Shown here: in pieces, positions 31,367-47,437 of the stretch
Numbering within the stretch: position 1 is the first letter of the stretch
How the letters are laid out: every line of letters starts with the position of its first letter
Assembly: GCA_009914755.4 (NCBI GenBank)
Contig: CP068257.2
Coordinates: forward strand, 30,336,001 to 30,400,000
Source of the DNA: the human T2T-CHM13v2.0 reference genome, Homo sapiens
Direction: 5' to 3'
DNA length: 64,000 bases
Program-made: the position numbers and the translations under genes
Notes under the pieces: model-generated
What the model was told of the DNA's origin: nothing
The model's database searches: none
What the model saw: the letters and a program-made list of their open reading frames with translations, nothing else

Positions 31367-33131
31367 CTTGGGCCAGCGGGGTTTGGGGTATCTCTAGAAA
31401 ACAGCAACTGAACAGAGCTCCACACATCTGTCAGGGTGTGAGCACTCCAAGGCCTCGCGTGGAGCATCCTTAGTCCCACCTGTAGCTGAATCCACAGACC
31501 CAAAGCCTGCACAACCCAACCTCGCTTAGGGACCCCCAGAGATGCTGGAATCGCTAGGAGGGTTGGCTCCAGGGGCAGCCAATTCCTATCATTCAGATCT
31601 TCCTTCCTCCCAAGTACTCACCAACCCCTTCCACTTCCCACTTCCCCCAGGCTTGGGGGGAAAACAGGGCATGAGCCTTCTGGGGCACTCAGATTATGGA
31701 CTGTTACCAGATCTTTCTTCACGCTGTGCTACATGTGTGCCTCTCACAGCAGTTGGCCACAGTTACAGGGAGAGAACAATATCACAGTCATTCATCCAGG
31801 CCACGTTTCCTCTGCGGAGTGTAGCAGCCCTGCCTTTCATAGCAGGGATTACCTGAAGGCCAGCAGGAGCCGGGGGCAGGCCCAGGATCCTCAGAGGAAG
31901 ATGGAGAGGAGCTTCGGACCAAGATCAAACCAAACAGTGGGGACCCCAACAGAAGAGAAAGACTGAAGGAGACACTCATTTCCCAAGCAAGATTTTGATA
32001 GATTTTTGTTGTTGTTGTTGTTGAAACATGCTAATGATTGAATTATCTTTTCCAAAGATTTTTTTTAAATGTGATGCCGGTAAATTGAAATAACATAATT
32101 TTTTAAAACTTGGATGGAGAGATGAGAAGCAATTCCACCAAACTCATGTTTTCACAGGAGGGTTCAGTGTGGAGAGCAAAAAAGCTGACTGTGGTGATTT
32201 GCTGAGTGCTGTGGCCCACAGGCAGGGCAAGTCTCGGTGGCCCTGTGTTCATCCTGTTGTTTAAGGCATAGCCCTGATCCTTCTGGAAGGCATAGAACAC
32301 GGTTACAGCTGGTTCTGTAGAAAGAGGGAAAAGATGATTGTGACAATTCAGAGCATAACTCAGATGGCGAGAAGGCAGCATTATCTCTGTGCGATGCTGA
32401 TTTCAAGCTGCCCACAGAACTGGTGCGGCTCAGAGCTCGGCGAGTTTGCTGGGAGCTGGGAGCAGGCTTGCCTGGCAGAGAACCTGTTCAGATACAGGCC
32501 AGTTTCTTCTTCGAGGAAAGCCAAGCTCCTCAAACAGGGTTCAGTCCACGTTGTGTTTTCACACCTTTCTCCAAGGATCGAACCAAAGATGTGTCTCCAG
32601 TATTGTGTCTGTGCCCCTGTGTGTGTTTTGTGGACAGCCGTGTTGTCTGACTGTATCCAGCTGGCACTTGACAGGGTGCAGTCATTGGTGAGAAGAATCA
32701 GAAAAAGAAGACCCATCAGCACAGGTTGGATAGGGGTTAGTGTAGGAGACCAGTTACAGAATGGCCTGGAGTCTTCAACTTTTGACCGGTGCAGGTGTGA
32801 CCAGAGACCACCTCTGTGGCCACCTCAGATAGTCATCTCAGTCCAAGGATCCCAAAACACAAATCTAGAATTGCAAAGCCAGCCTTTATTTCCCTGGCAG
32901 GCAGCCTTGCCAGAAGGCAGAGAGGCAGTTCTGAATCATTCTCTCATTCACCAGTGGTGACATCCTTCAGTCCCTCACATCTCTGACAGAGCGGGACAGA
33001 ATGGATATTTGGCTGACCTTGGTGAGACCTGGAGCTGCCTGTTTCTTCCCTAGGGGATCACCACGGCTCTAGGGCATTCTAGGATGAGGTCAGACCCCTT
33101 GGCCATTGGTGTTATTTTTTGTATAGCTTCA

Positions 33132-33470
<339 letters not shown>

Positions 33471-34268
33471 TAGAGCTTTATAAGCAGAGAGAAGAAAATA
33501 ATCATCTAAGACCATCTCTCCATTCGACATGAAGTGTACCTTTTCTAAAGACGGTTTCCAGCTGCAACGGCTCCACTTTGCAGGCTTGCAGGGTGTATAC
33601 CTGCGCATTGGGAACTTGCTGGAACCCCTGATGCATTTTCCTTGAGAGCAGGGGTACTTCCGCCTTGCCGTTAGCTTGTGGAGAACGTGCTTCTTATTCC
33701 TGGCAGGCTTCAAGAACAGCTGCACATGTGCCGCTAACTGACCGCGTTGCCATTGGCGACCTGGACTCTGAACTCAGGTTTATTCTAAACCCAGTGAGAG
33801 GTGAGGGGGAGTGATGAAAGGGGATCAGCTGTATTTGTGTGTGTGTGTGTGTGTGAGCACCTGACAAATCTATGAAACCGAGTGAAAGGAGAAATGTTAG
33901 ATTCTTTATTATTTTATTATATTTATATGGAAAGCTCGACTCTCCCTTTGGTAAGTCCGAAGCATGTTGTCTGTTCGACCGTGACTGTCTTCCTCAGTCT
34001 GTGCCTGTGATTCCAGTCACCCTGTAGTTACTGACAGAAATTGACTGGACTGTCATTGTGTGAAGTCTAGGAGGAAATGTCCATTTTAATTGTATGATTT
34101 GGTCATAAGTAAGGACTATATTTATGTCACCATTATTAGATATATGTACTTTTGTAATGACTGTGAAATACACTTTTCCCTCACTACGACTGCTTCTTTA
34201 TTTGCTGATAAATCTTAAAACAACTAAGTACGTTGCAAATAATAGTACAGGTACCATCTTTTATGTGA

Positions 34269-34570
<302 letters not shown>

Positions 34571-36587
34571 TTATGTAAAGCTCTTGACCTAGCATCTGAC
34601 TGGAAACAAGCGGGAATTGCATTGGGGGGCATTTTCTGGGCCAGTTTCCCTGCCTTATTTTACCTGCAATAGGTGTGCCTACAAAAGTCTTTCTGACATA
34701 CACACTGCAGGTGGCAGTTCAAGAAGAATCAACCTTTTTCATTTGGGGATATTAGGATCTTCCTTGGAGACTCTGAAAATGGCACACAAAGAATGGCAGT
34801 TATGAACGTGACTTCTAGATTTTGTCCTTGTAGGAGGCCTTGGTCATGGATAGGGGAAGAGGGATGATGGGATGGAATGGGAGGGTGGGATCTAGATGAC
34901 CTCTTGAAATTGTCCCAGTTACTGCTTCCTTCATAACTGTTCACAAAACGTTTTTCATATATACCACCTTGTTTCCCCTGGGAAGTGAGGGGACGAAGCC
35001 TTAGAGGGTGACATAGCTAGAAAGTGGAGAAGCTCACTGTTCACTGTGCAAAGCCCCAGTAGTCGGATTCCGGGGAAAAGAACAAGTATCTAGTTTTGAT
35101 GACAATGTTTTCTTGTAAGAATCCCAACACTTTAGAATAGAAAAGGACCTAAGATTCTCTGGCTCAGCCCCAGCCTTTCTGAAGAAGGGAAAACTAGGGA
35201 CCCAGATGGTTTAAGGACACCCCAGAGTCCCCAGATGAGCTGGCATTTGAGCTGGTCTGGAGCAGAGTTTCTCCCTCAAAGAACACAGAGAAATCAGAGA
35301 GTGGCTGCCATGGTCAGAGGGGGATGTCAACAACAGATCAAGCCGTCATCACAACAGGTATTTCTGAAGTTCCTGCAGGGACTAGGTCTTGCATTTTTAA
35401 GTCCTTTTCAAAACTGTGCAGCTTCCTGAACCTTATGCTGTTTGTCCCATCCACTCTTGAAGCTGGGGAAAGACAGCTTTCTTTGGGAACTCTGTCTTTC
35501 TCAGTTGACTTCCCAAGTAAGCAGCAAACCCCTGGATAGCCTTGTTATCTACTTTAGGTATTAAGAGGCTATTGGGTTTTACTAGATTAAATCAATAAAA
35601 CATTTCCTATAGAGCCATATCATACACTGAAGCAAATTCAGAAAGAATGCAAAACTGCTATCTTTTGGGGGAGTCTGGAAGCCTGTTGGTTAGTGTATTT
35701 ATTTTCTTTGTGGGGTCTTCTGTGAGCTACAGGCACAGTAAGAATAATTCAGAGCGGTACTGGGAGTTGGTTCAATTTCATGTCATCACTTTTCAATGAA
35801 GGGAGTGCATTTCCTGAGTAGTAAATGAGTATATTATTTGTGGCAGCTTTTCTGTTAAGGGAGCTTTCCAGACATCTGGTTGCAAAGACAAATAGGATAT
35901 ATATTTGTACTTCTTCTCTGTGGACATGTTTTTGTGACACACAGTTATCTCTAGGAGTTGACGTCTGTGGGCACTAAGGGACTGAGGTTGGGGGAGAAAG
36001 CTGAGGAGGCTTTGGAAGAGAAGGTGAGGAGCATTTCAGGATTTGCAGTCCCCCTCCACATGTATCCACATCTGAGCTGGTGGTGTTCCAATAATGAGGC
36101 ATTTGGGGCAACCAATTTTGGAAGGATAGAATAGCTTTATGTGGAGCAAACTTGAGGATCAATTGGAGTTGAGTGGTTTAAAACTTAAAGATGGCACAGG
36201 AAGCTGTATCATTTACAGGTGAAAAAAATAAATGGGTCTGACTTCAGGGCCTCAGCTCTTTGTATTTCCTACTTGGAAGATGGGCTATTAGCAATTTTGA
36301 AAGCAAAGGCTTTGGTTTACATTTAAACTCTATAATTTTTTTTAAAAATGTGTTCTTTCTAGTCTTGTTACCATAGCCAGCTGGAAAGGGCAAATTGCAA
36401 GCCTATATTGGGAACAAGTCTTCTTGCCGAAAGTAGGGCAGTGAAGTTCTTGGCAGATCTGAGATGAGAATGCCTTCCCCTGACTCCTTCATCAGTGTTC
36501 AGTGCTCACCTCCTCTGGCAACCAGTATGCTAGAAGATTAGGCTTTGCTATGATCACAAATTAATTCCAAATCTCTGTGACTTGCCC

Positions 36588-36593
36588 AATAAA
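36588..36593 (+). terminator. HUNK: Candidate poly(A) signal AATAAA for HUNK (distal)
   Basis: cccAATAAAggtttatttcttaaaatatttttatg: hexamer plus U-rich downstream element. Position is consistent with a 3'UTR of roughly 5 kb. Confidence 0.35.
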
Positions 36594-36949
36594 GGTTTAT
36601 TTCTTAAAATATTTTTATGAGGCTGGGCTGACCACAAAACGGCTGTCTTCCATATGGTGACTCAGGGATCCAGGCTACATCCAACTTGTGGCTGTGTCCC
36701 CTCAAAATGAAACGTCTTTGGCTGCTCCAGCACAGGAAGGCACGGCTGGAGAGTTTTCCACCAGCCCTTAAACATTCTATGAGGGGACTCATCACTTCTC
36801 CCACAGCCCATTGACTGGAACTGGTCACACTGCCTTGTCTGTGAGCAAGAGGCTGGGAAATACAGGAGCATAGGGCTACTTGGGATGCAGCTAATGTTTC
36901 TCCCATCTTAGGGAAGGTACAGCTGCCTGCCATTTATTTGTTCTTTGTT

Positions 36950-37252
36950 TTTGTTTTTGCTTTTGTTTTGAGATGGAGTCTCCCTCTGTCACCCAGGCTG
37001 GAATGCAGTGGCGCAATCTCGGTTCACTGCAACCTCCACCTCCTGGGTTCAAGCGATTCTTGTGCCTCAGCCTCCTGAGTAGCTGAGACTATAGGCACAT
37101 GCCACCATGCCCAGCTAATGTTTGTATTTTTAGTAGAGACGAGGGTTTCACCGTGTTGGCCAGGCCGGTCTTGGACTCCTGACCTCAAGTGATATGCCCG
37201 CCTTGGACTCCCAAAGTTCCAGGATTACAGGCATGAGCCACCGTGCCTGGCC
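36950..37252 (-). mobile_element. Alu
   Basis: Canonical Alu, reverse orientation. Confidence 0.9.
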
Positions 37253-37379
37253 GAGATGCCTACCATTTAAAGGTACCCCAAAACTGGACTAGCCTTTTCC
37301 CATTGTCACACAATTATAGCACCTCTTAGTAAAGAGTTACTTTTTTAAAATAAAAGAATTAGCATTGGTAAATGTTAAT

Positions 37380-38100
<721 letters not shown>

Positions 38101-38221
38101 AAGGTCAGATAGTAAAATTTACATCTTCTAGGAATCTCATATGTTTTGCCCCATATGCCAAATTTCCATTTATCCTTTTCTGACTAAATCACTCCCAGAA
38201 AATTTCTCTTTTTTGGAGTGA

Positions 38222-38545
<324 letters not shown>

Positions 38546-38939
38546 TGAAATTCCACCTTTTCTAAGTGTTTCTTGTGCTTTAAGCTCAGTGTGCCAATTA
38601 TTTTCAAGTTTCTTTCTTCCTTTAATCCAGAGGTCTGCAAACTTTTTCTGTTAAGGACCAGAAAATAAATATTTTAGGCTTAGGAGATGACTGTTGCATA
38701 TTAGTCTGTTGCGTATTACTCTGCATTGTTTTTAAGTTTAGTTTAGTTTTTGTTTTTGCTATAACCCTTTGAAAATATGAAAACTGTTCTTATCTGGTGG
38801 ACCTACAAAAACAGGCCATAGCAGATTTTGGCCCTCAGGTAGTTATTTTGCTAACCCCTGATTTAATCTTCACAAAAACTCCGTGAAGTGTCATATTTTC
38901 TCTATTTTATAGATTAGTTTTGTGGGTTTTATAGATTGT

Positions 38940-39248
38940 TTTTGTTTTTAGTTTTTGTTTGTTTTTTGAGACAGAGTCTCACTCTGTTACTTATGCTGGA
39001 GTACAGTGGTACAATCATGGCTCACTGCAGCCTCGACCTCCTGGGCTCAAGTGATCCTCTCACTTCAGCCTCCCAAGTAGTTGGGACTACAGGCACATGC
39101 CACCATGCTAGGCTAATTTTTTAAGTTTTTTGTAGAGATGGGGTCTCACTATATTGCCCAGGCTGGTTTCCAACTCCTGGGCTCAAGCAATCCTCCTGCC
39201 TCAGCCTCCCAAATTGCTGGGAATACAGGCGTGAGCCATCATGCCCAG
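38940..39248 (-). mobile_element. Alu
   Basis: Canonical Alu, reverse orientation. Confidence 0.9.
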
Positions 39249-40021
39249 TTGACACAATCAGGACTTCTGCAATCACACACCACAACTTTCATGTTAGGAA
39301 CTCACCACTTGAAAGACAGAGAGGGCTCCTTTTGTGACATCTGGGCCAGTGGGCTCTCAGAAGGGCCTGTGGCTAATGGTAACAAATTTGTTAAGAGTTT
39401 TGCAAAATGATTCAATCTAAGGGAACTTGGAGGTGGGGAGAGACCCTGGCTCTTTTCTTTGCCACTCCTTCCTTCGTTGCTTTTTGTAGATTTCCAGGGT
39501 TGGTTGCCAGCCACAGGAATGGCAGTGCTACAGGAGAGCCATCCTGGTCTCGAGTCTGTCATTACTATTTGTTCCCCACCTTTAGATTCAATCCTGTCTT
39601 CATCTGTGCAGAATGGAACATGGCCCTAGTCCCCAAGCTGTTTTCCATTCAAGCTGTTTCCCTTTTCTCTTTTGTGAATAGCCTCTCAAAAATGGGCTCT
39701 TAATTGCTTATAAAAAGACAGAGCTTACTCAAAGTCTCAGGAAACAAGTCTAAATCTGGAGCAGATGTGAAGCTGGATGATGCTTGTAGACAGATCATTA
39801 CCATTACTCACAACTGGGTGACGTGCGGGCCATTGGGATGGACGAGTGTCCCCGCCAGTGAAAGATGAATCATGTCATCTGAGTCAGAGAATTTCAAAGA
39901 GCCATTCAGAGTCCTTACCACCCAGAGCCCCTTGAATTATCTGAGCCATTCTCACGTTCAAAGCATTAGGCCAACTCAGAGAATCACAGGAACAATGGTG
40001 GTCACCCAGCCTTGGGCTTAG

Positions 40022-40408
<387 letters not shown>

Positions 40409-40999
40409 CTACTACTTTTAAAACAAAACAAAACAAAACAAAGCATTTTTACCTAAAACTAATATATTATGTATCCCAGATACAAAATCAGTTGAATTTT
40501 GTCAGTACAATCCTTATTGTCCTCTAAGCATTCAGGGAATCATTTTAATAAGCAGGTGATGCAATTGAGACCAGAATGGAGAAATGATGCATTGAAGAAC
40601 TCACAACTTGTCAGTTACAGCCTCTGCCTTCAAGCTCAGTTCTCCTCCCAGGAACCTGGACAAAGAACCCAGAATTAAAAGAGGATCTGGGGTGCTTGGG
40701 GTGTCATGATGTCTGAGGTCTACTCAGTCCCTTTTGCAAAATTTTGCACAACAGAAAGGGTGGACATGGTGATGGCCATAGTAGGAAGAAGGAAATTGAT
40801 TTGTGAGGAGTGTTTGAATGAAGAGGGTGTATGTGAGTGCTCTTTTCACCTTCCTAAGCTTGGTTTGTCTTGCCCTCCTCTGAGTACTCCTAGCAGCAAT
40901 GATTACGTGTAATAATTGTTACATTACTGTTTCTCCCAGGGCTCTGGGACACTGTCTTACATATCTTTTTAACTATACCCAGTGATCCAACCACGTGGA

Positions 41000-41280
41000 T
41001 GAATGAGTAGATGATGGATGGATGGATGGATGGTGAATGGGTGAATGGGTAGATGCATGTATAGATGGATGGGTAGATGGTGAATAGATGAATGGCAGGA
41101 TGGATAGACAATGAATGGATGGATGGGTAGGTGAATGGATAGATGGTTAGATGGCTGGATGGAAGGATAGATGAGTAGATGATAGATGGTTGGTGGGATG
41201 AATGGGTAGATGATGGATGAATGGGTAGGTGATGAATGGATGGATGGGTGGGCAAATGAATGGATGGATGGATGGATGAA
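41000..41280. repeat. (GGAT/GGATG/GGTGAAT)n satellite-like simple repeat, about 280 bp
   Basis: tggatggatggatggtgaatgggtgaatgggtagatg... throughout. Produces an artefactual 121-aa ORF on the minus strand. Confidence 0.9.
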
Positions 41281-41924
41281 TTGAGTTGATAATAAATGTT
41301 AAGGGGAGTTAGATGAACCAGATTAGTGGATTTCTGGGAGGGCAGTTCAAGGAAAGGAAAATACTTCCTTAATCCACAGTGTAAACTCTCAAATACACAA
41401 TAAACAAAAAAATAGAGGGCCTGGAAAACAAATAGAGCTCTAACTTTGGGTACAAATAGCCTTTACAGCATTGCCTCCTCCTACCATGGATCCACTCACT
41501 CACCACCCTGAAAGCAAGGAATCACAAACCCCGGTTGCACGGTGAGGCCATTGCCCCTGTTGTCAAACGCATGTGTGTCTATTTGATTGTTTTCTTTTGG
41601 TGACCTTACAGGGATTTGGCAAGGAGATAAGGTGACTATCAAATAAGCCAGAACAGGTACCCTGCCACTCTCTCCACCCACACAGCTGTTTATGAGGCCA
41701 GTGTACTGAGGCCCAAACTGCTCTGTAAAGTCAAAGTAAATCCTGACTGAAGTACTGTGTTAGCCTCACTTTCATGCCTTGTCAGCCCAAGCTTCCAGCT
41801 GTGTTGTGCAAAACCATCTCAAAGCTATAGTTGGTTAATTAGGCATTTTCACAGGAGATGGGTAGCTAATCAAGATGATGTTCACACAGCTATGTCTCAC
41901 CCCAGCTAACCTGCTCACTTCTCC

Positions 41925-42340
41925 ACTGCTATGGGCTGAATTATGCCCCCCAAATTCATGTGGAAGCCTGTCCCCCAGTACTTCAGAATGTGTCTGCATT
42001 TGGAGCTAGGGCTTTTAAAGAGGTGATTAAGTGATTAAGGTGGGCCCTAATCCAGTGTGACTGGTGTCCTTATAAGAAGGGGAAATTGGGACACACAAAA
42101 AGACACACCAGGGATTCAGGCACACAGAGGAAAGACCATGTGAGGACACTGTGAGAAGGCAGCCGTCTGCCAGCCAAAGAGAGAGGCCTCTGGAGAAACC
42201 GAACCTGTCAACACCTTAATCTTGGACTACTGGTCTCCAGAACTGTGAGAAAATACATTTCTGTTGTTTAAGCCACTCAGTCTGTGGTGTTTTGTTATGG
42301 CAACCCTGGTAAACTGATATACCCACAAACCCAGGTGTGG
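41925..42340 (-). mobile_element. MLT1-type MaLR LTR
   Basis: ...gggccctaatccagtgtgactggtgtccttataagaagg...ccagaactgtgagaaaatacatttctgttgtttaagccactcagtctgtggtgttttgttatggcaaccc. Confidence 0.7.
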
Positions 42341-42559
42341 AAATAATGAAGCCCCTTCACGGAGAACAAACAGGCTGTTTATTCAGAGCTTGCTGTAGCA
42401 AGGGAGTTGGCCACCATCACTTGCATGGGGCAGAGACTCAAAGGCAGGCAGAGGAGTGGGAAAGTGTCATTGGGGGAAAAGGGAAGGCTTCAACTAGGAT
42501 CTGACTGGAGGTTGTTGGCACAGGGAAACTGGAGGTGGCCTAATTAGCAGTAGGACATT

Positions 42560-42965
42560 GTATTAGTTCATTCTCACACTGCTATAAAGAACTACCTGAG
42601 ACTGGGTAATTTATAAAGAAAAGAGGTTTAAGTGGCTCGTGGTTCCACAGGCTGTCCAGGAAGCATGATTCTGGCATCTGCTCAGCTTCTGGGGAAGCCT
42701 CGGGAAACTGACAATCATGGTGGAAGGTGAAGAGGAAGCAGGCTTGTCTTTCATGACTGGAGTAGGAGGAAGAGAGCAATGGGAGAGCTGCTACACACTT
42801 TTAAACAGCCAGATCTAGTGATAATTCACTCACTATCATGAGAACAGCACCAAAGGGGAAACCCTCCCCCATGATCCAACCACCTCCCACTGGGCCCCGC
42901 TTCTAACACTGGAGCTTATAATTTGACATGAGATTTAGGCTAGGACACAGACCCAAACCATATCA
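42560..42965 (-). mobile_element. MST/THE1-type MaLR LTR
   Basis: cattgtattagttcattctcacactgctataaagaactacctgagactgggtaatttataaagaaaagaggttt...ccaaaccatatca. Confidence 0.7.
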
Positions 42966-43214
42966 GACATTTTATGTGATTTTGGTTTTGGCGAAATATT
43001 TGACTTTTTTTCTGAGATGAAAATCAGGGCAAAAGTAGGAAAGCTGGCAGTCGTTGACCAAGTCCTGACCACTCTGGGCCCACAGCTGCAGAGGTTTGGC
43101 TTCATGGATCGGTTATTGCAGAGGCTGAGGGCCTGAGTTCTATTGCTGTGTGTGATCTGGCCGTCGTCCATTTATGTATTCAGTGTCTTACAGGAGTGGT
43201 GGGATGTCTTCTCA

Positions 43215-43680
43215 CTCATGTCTGCCTGGCTGCATTTGTTTCCTAGGGCTATTATAACAAATTATCACAAACTTGATGTCTTACAACAGGAATGTATTCT
43301 CCCACAATTCTAGAGACAAGAAGTCTGAAATCAAGGTGTCAGCAGGGCCACTCTCTCTCTGAAGGCAGTAGGGGAGGAACTTTCCTTGCATCTTCCTGTT
43401 TCTGGTGGCTCCCAGCAATCCTTGGCATTCTTTGGCCATAGGAGCATTCCTCCATTCTCTGCCGCCATCTTTACATGGTGTTATTCCCTGTGTGTGTCTT
43501 CACATGTCCTTCTTTAAGGACACAAGTCACTGGATCTAGTTAGGGATCCACCCCAACCCAGTATGAACTCACCTTAACTAATTACACTTGCAATAACTCT
43601 ATTTTCAAATAAGCTTACCTTCTGAGGTCCCAGCAGACATGAATTTTGGAGGAGACACTATTCAACCCAGTATACTAGTT
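43215..43680 (+). mobile_element. MLT1-type MaLR LTR
   Basis: ...ttcctagggctattataacaaattatcacaaacttgatgtcttacaacaggaatgtattctcccacaattctagagacaagaagtctgaaatcaaggtgtcagcaggg... Confidence 0.7.
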
Positions 43681-44544
43681 AAGGGCCCTCTTTTGCTGTC
43701 ACCGGGGCTTAACGCCTGATGAATCAGGACCTGACATGGGGCCACAATGGGGGATTCAACTCTGTGACGTCTTGGGACATCCAGAGTAGAAGATGGTAGG
43801 ATGTGACCTTTTGGGTGGAAACTTTGGGACCCTTACGAAAGGGAGGAAAGGAATCCACATCTGATCATGTGGAGTGATTGACAGGCCCACTCCAAGGAAC
43901 ACAGATCCTGGGGCCAAGCTGATGATCCGGTGATCTCCTAACATAGATTTTCACAAAGGAATCAGAGAGACAACTAGGATGACTTGGGGGTCGGGGTGGG
44001 GGCTCTTGATTGTGGGAATGCTGTGCCAGGGGTTTATGGAGTCTTGACATAACCTGTGAGTCTTCAAAAAGCACATAGATTGTCAACATGAGTTGTTGAC
44101 CCCAAAACTGTATCTCTAGAACAGAATATTCCCTGGAGCATCAGGCAGGTTTATCAAACCCAGAGGAGATCCACATTCAATTCGTTATGTCCAGAGCCAA
44201 TGAGCTCATTCCCCAAGACCAGGTCTTCCTGTGCTCCCTCTTGTATGATGAAGGGCATCACAGACTCCACTTTGCCCAAGCGCCAACCTGAGCATCATCC
44301 TGAACCACACTCTCCTGCATCTAGTCCATTTACAAATCTTACCAGTTGTACCTCTTGTTTGCTTCTTGCTAAGTCAAGTGCCCCAAAGATGAAGGGCTAT
44401 CAAGGGCCACCAGTACCAACTCCAGAGGGGAGGATGAAGCCCACTCTCTTTCTATGCTTGACGTTTAGCATGGTGCAGTGAAATACACATCAAATCAGGA
44501 ACCATCCACAAAACAGGGATTTGAGGTAATAAGGTGGTATTGCT

Positions 44545-44945
44545 TGAATTTTTGTCCCTTTTGAAACTCATATTAAAACTTAATCCCCAATGTGACAGTG
44601 TTGGGGTGGGAGTCCTTTAAGAGGTGATTGAGTCATGAGGGCTCTACCCTCATGAAGGAATTAACCCATTCCCCAGTTAATGGGTTAATAGATTAGTGAT
44701 TTATCACTGGAATGGGTTAGTTGTAGGAGAGCAAGTTGGCTGTCTCTTGTGAGCCCCTTGCCATGTGATGCCCTGCACCACCTCAGGACTCTACAGAAAG
44801 TGCCCACCAGCAGAAGACTCTCACTAGTTGCAGCCCTTCGGCCTTGGACTTCCCAGCCTCCAGAACTGTAAGAAATAAATTTTTTTATAAATTGCCCAGT
44901 CTCAGGTATCCAGTTACAGCAACAGAAAATTGACTAAGACATAGG
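44545..44945 (-). mobile_element. MLT1-type MaLR LTR
   Basis: ...cagcctccagaactgtaagaaataaatttttttataaattgcccagtctcaggtat... Confidence 0.65.
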
Positions 44946-46479
44946 ATCAATGCTATGATTAAAGAGTTAATATATGCAAGACACTTAGGACAAGCTGTAC
45001 AAAGTGGGTGCTACAGAAGCATTAGCTATTGCATGGTGGTGGCTGTGCGATTGTACTATTGGATAGAGTCAAGGGGTCTGGTTCTCAACCTTGATCTGCA
45101 TTAAGCAGCTATGGACAAGTTGCCCCCACTGCCCCCCACCACCAAGGGACAGATTCCTCACTGAAAATAAAAAACAAAAAACAGAACAAAACAAAACAAA
45201 ATCAGAATTGATTTTGGCCCCTTGAGAGACTGAACACATGTTCTAGTGTCACTACCATTTTTCAAAATGGTTTTGTGGAATTCCGTTTTGCCCACGGAAT
45301 TCATCATGTTTTTTTTTTTTTTAACAAAAATCAACTTTTTATTTTGCAATAATTGAAGATTCACAGAAAAGTTACAAAGATAGTATAGAGAGTCCCCAAA
45401 TACCCCTCATCCAGTTTCTCCCATTGTTAGCATCTTATATAATCCATTACATTTGTCAAAATGAAGGAAGTGGCATTGGGTTACTACTATTAACTAAACT
45501 CCAGACTTTACTTGGGTGTCGCTAGTTTTTTCCTTAATGTCCTCTTTCTGTTCCAGGATCCAACTCAGGGTACTCAATTGCATTTAGTTGTTATGTCTTT
45601 ACAGTCTCCTGTGGTTTGAAGCAATTGGTCAGTCTTTTCTTGCTTTTCATGACCTTGAGAGTCTTGAGGAGAACTAGCCCAGTATCCTATTGAAGGTTCC
45701 CCCGTCTGGGTTTGCCTGTTGCTTTCATCATGAATAAACTTGGGTTATGGATTTTTGTTAAGAATGCCATAGAGGCGAAGTGTCCTTTTCATCACATCAT
45801 ATCAGGGAGTACATGATAGCCAGATGATATTACTTATGGTATTGACCTCAGTTAAGGAAGAGTTTACCTTAACCATCACTCATTTAAGGTGGAGTTTCCC
45901 AGGTTTCTCAATTGCAAAGCTTCTATTTCTCCCTTTCTCTAGTCTTTGGAAGTAAGTCACTAAGTCTAGCCTACCCTTAAGGTGTGGGAGGGATTGAGTG
46001 CCACCCCCTAGAGGGGTGAATATTTACATGTATTATTTCAAATTCTTCTTTAAGGAAGATGTGTCTCTTTTCCCCCATTATTTTATTTACTTGATCATTT
46101 ATTTATATCAGTATGGAGTCATAGATATTTATTTTATAGTTTGGGTTATAATCCAATACAGCATTATTTATGTTGTTGCTCAAACTGTTGCGGCTTTGGC
46201 CATTGGGAGCTCTTTCAGGCTGATTCCTGTTTCTTTTTGACATGCTTCCTTCCCTTTGATTTTTGAGCACTTCCTCACCTCCTGGCACTACAAGATATTC
46301 CAAGCTCATGTTGTATTTCCCTTGCTCCAGCCCTAGAATCAGCCATTTCTCCAAGGAGCCCTCGTTCATTACATTCTTTTGAATGTTACCAATAGTGGCA
46401 AATTCAATTTCTTTGTGGGTGGAATTAACAACCAAAAGTCAATTGGAATCATATCTGGTGAAATAGATTGGTAATCAAG

Positions 46480-47015
46480 AGCATTAAATAACATCTTTCA
46501 TCAAAAACTGTGTGACGGCATACAAACACATATTTATAGCAGCACAATTCACAATTGCAGAGATATGGAACCAACCTAAGTGCCCATCAACAAGTGAGTG
46601 GATAAAGAAAATGTGGTATATGTACACCATGGAATACTACTCAGCCATAAAAAGGAATGAAATAATATCTTTTGCAGCAACTTGGATGGAGCTGGAGGCC
46701 ATTATTCTAACTAAGTGAAGTAACTTAGGAATGGAAAACGAAATATTGTATGTTCTCAGTTATAAGTGGGGGCTAAGCTATGAAAATGCAAATACATAAG
46801 AATTATATAATGGACTCATTTATCCCTCACCCCCCTTCCCAACCTTCTCTCTCAGGTGAGGGATCAAAGACAACACATTGGATACAGTGTACACTGCTTG
46901 GGTGATGGGTGCACTAAAACCTCAGAAATCACCACTAAAGAACTTATCCATGTAACCAAAAACCACCTGTACCCCAAAAACTATTGAAATAAAAATAAAA
47001 ATTAATTATTAAACC
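46480..47015 (+). mobile_element. L1 3' end (ORF2 C-terminus + 3'UTR)
   Basis: The ORF at 46512-46718 translates to the L1 ORF2p C-terminus (FIAAQFTIAEIWNQPKCPSTSEWIKKMWYMYTMEYYSAIKRNEIISFAATWMELEAIILTK). It is followed by the L1 3'UTR and an A-rich tail. Confidence 0.85.
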
Positions 47016-47126
47016 CCCCCCCCAAAAAAAAAACCAACACTGTGTGACAGAAAGTAAGCATTGAGCCCAAAGAATTGTCAAGGCTGAGAAGCAAACACAG
47101 CCAGAGTTTCTTTTAAAAAAAGGCTT

Positions 47127-47437
<311 letters not shown>

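Noticed and set aside
45330-46480. About 1.1 kb of non-Alu repeat-like sequence upstream of the L1 3' end, including a 110-aa minus-strand ORF (46103-46435)
   Set aside because: Probably an old L1M/other interspersed repeat body, but I could not match it confidently to a consensus from memory. The ORF has no recognisable domain. Left unannotated rather than guessed.
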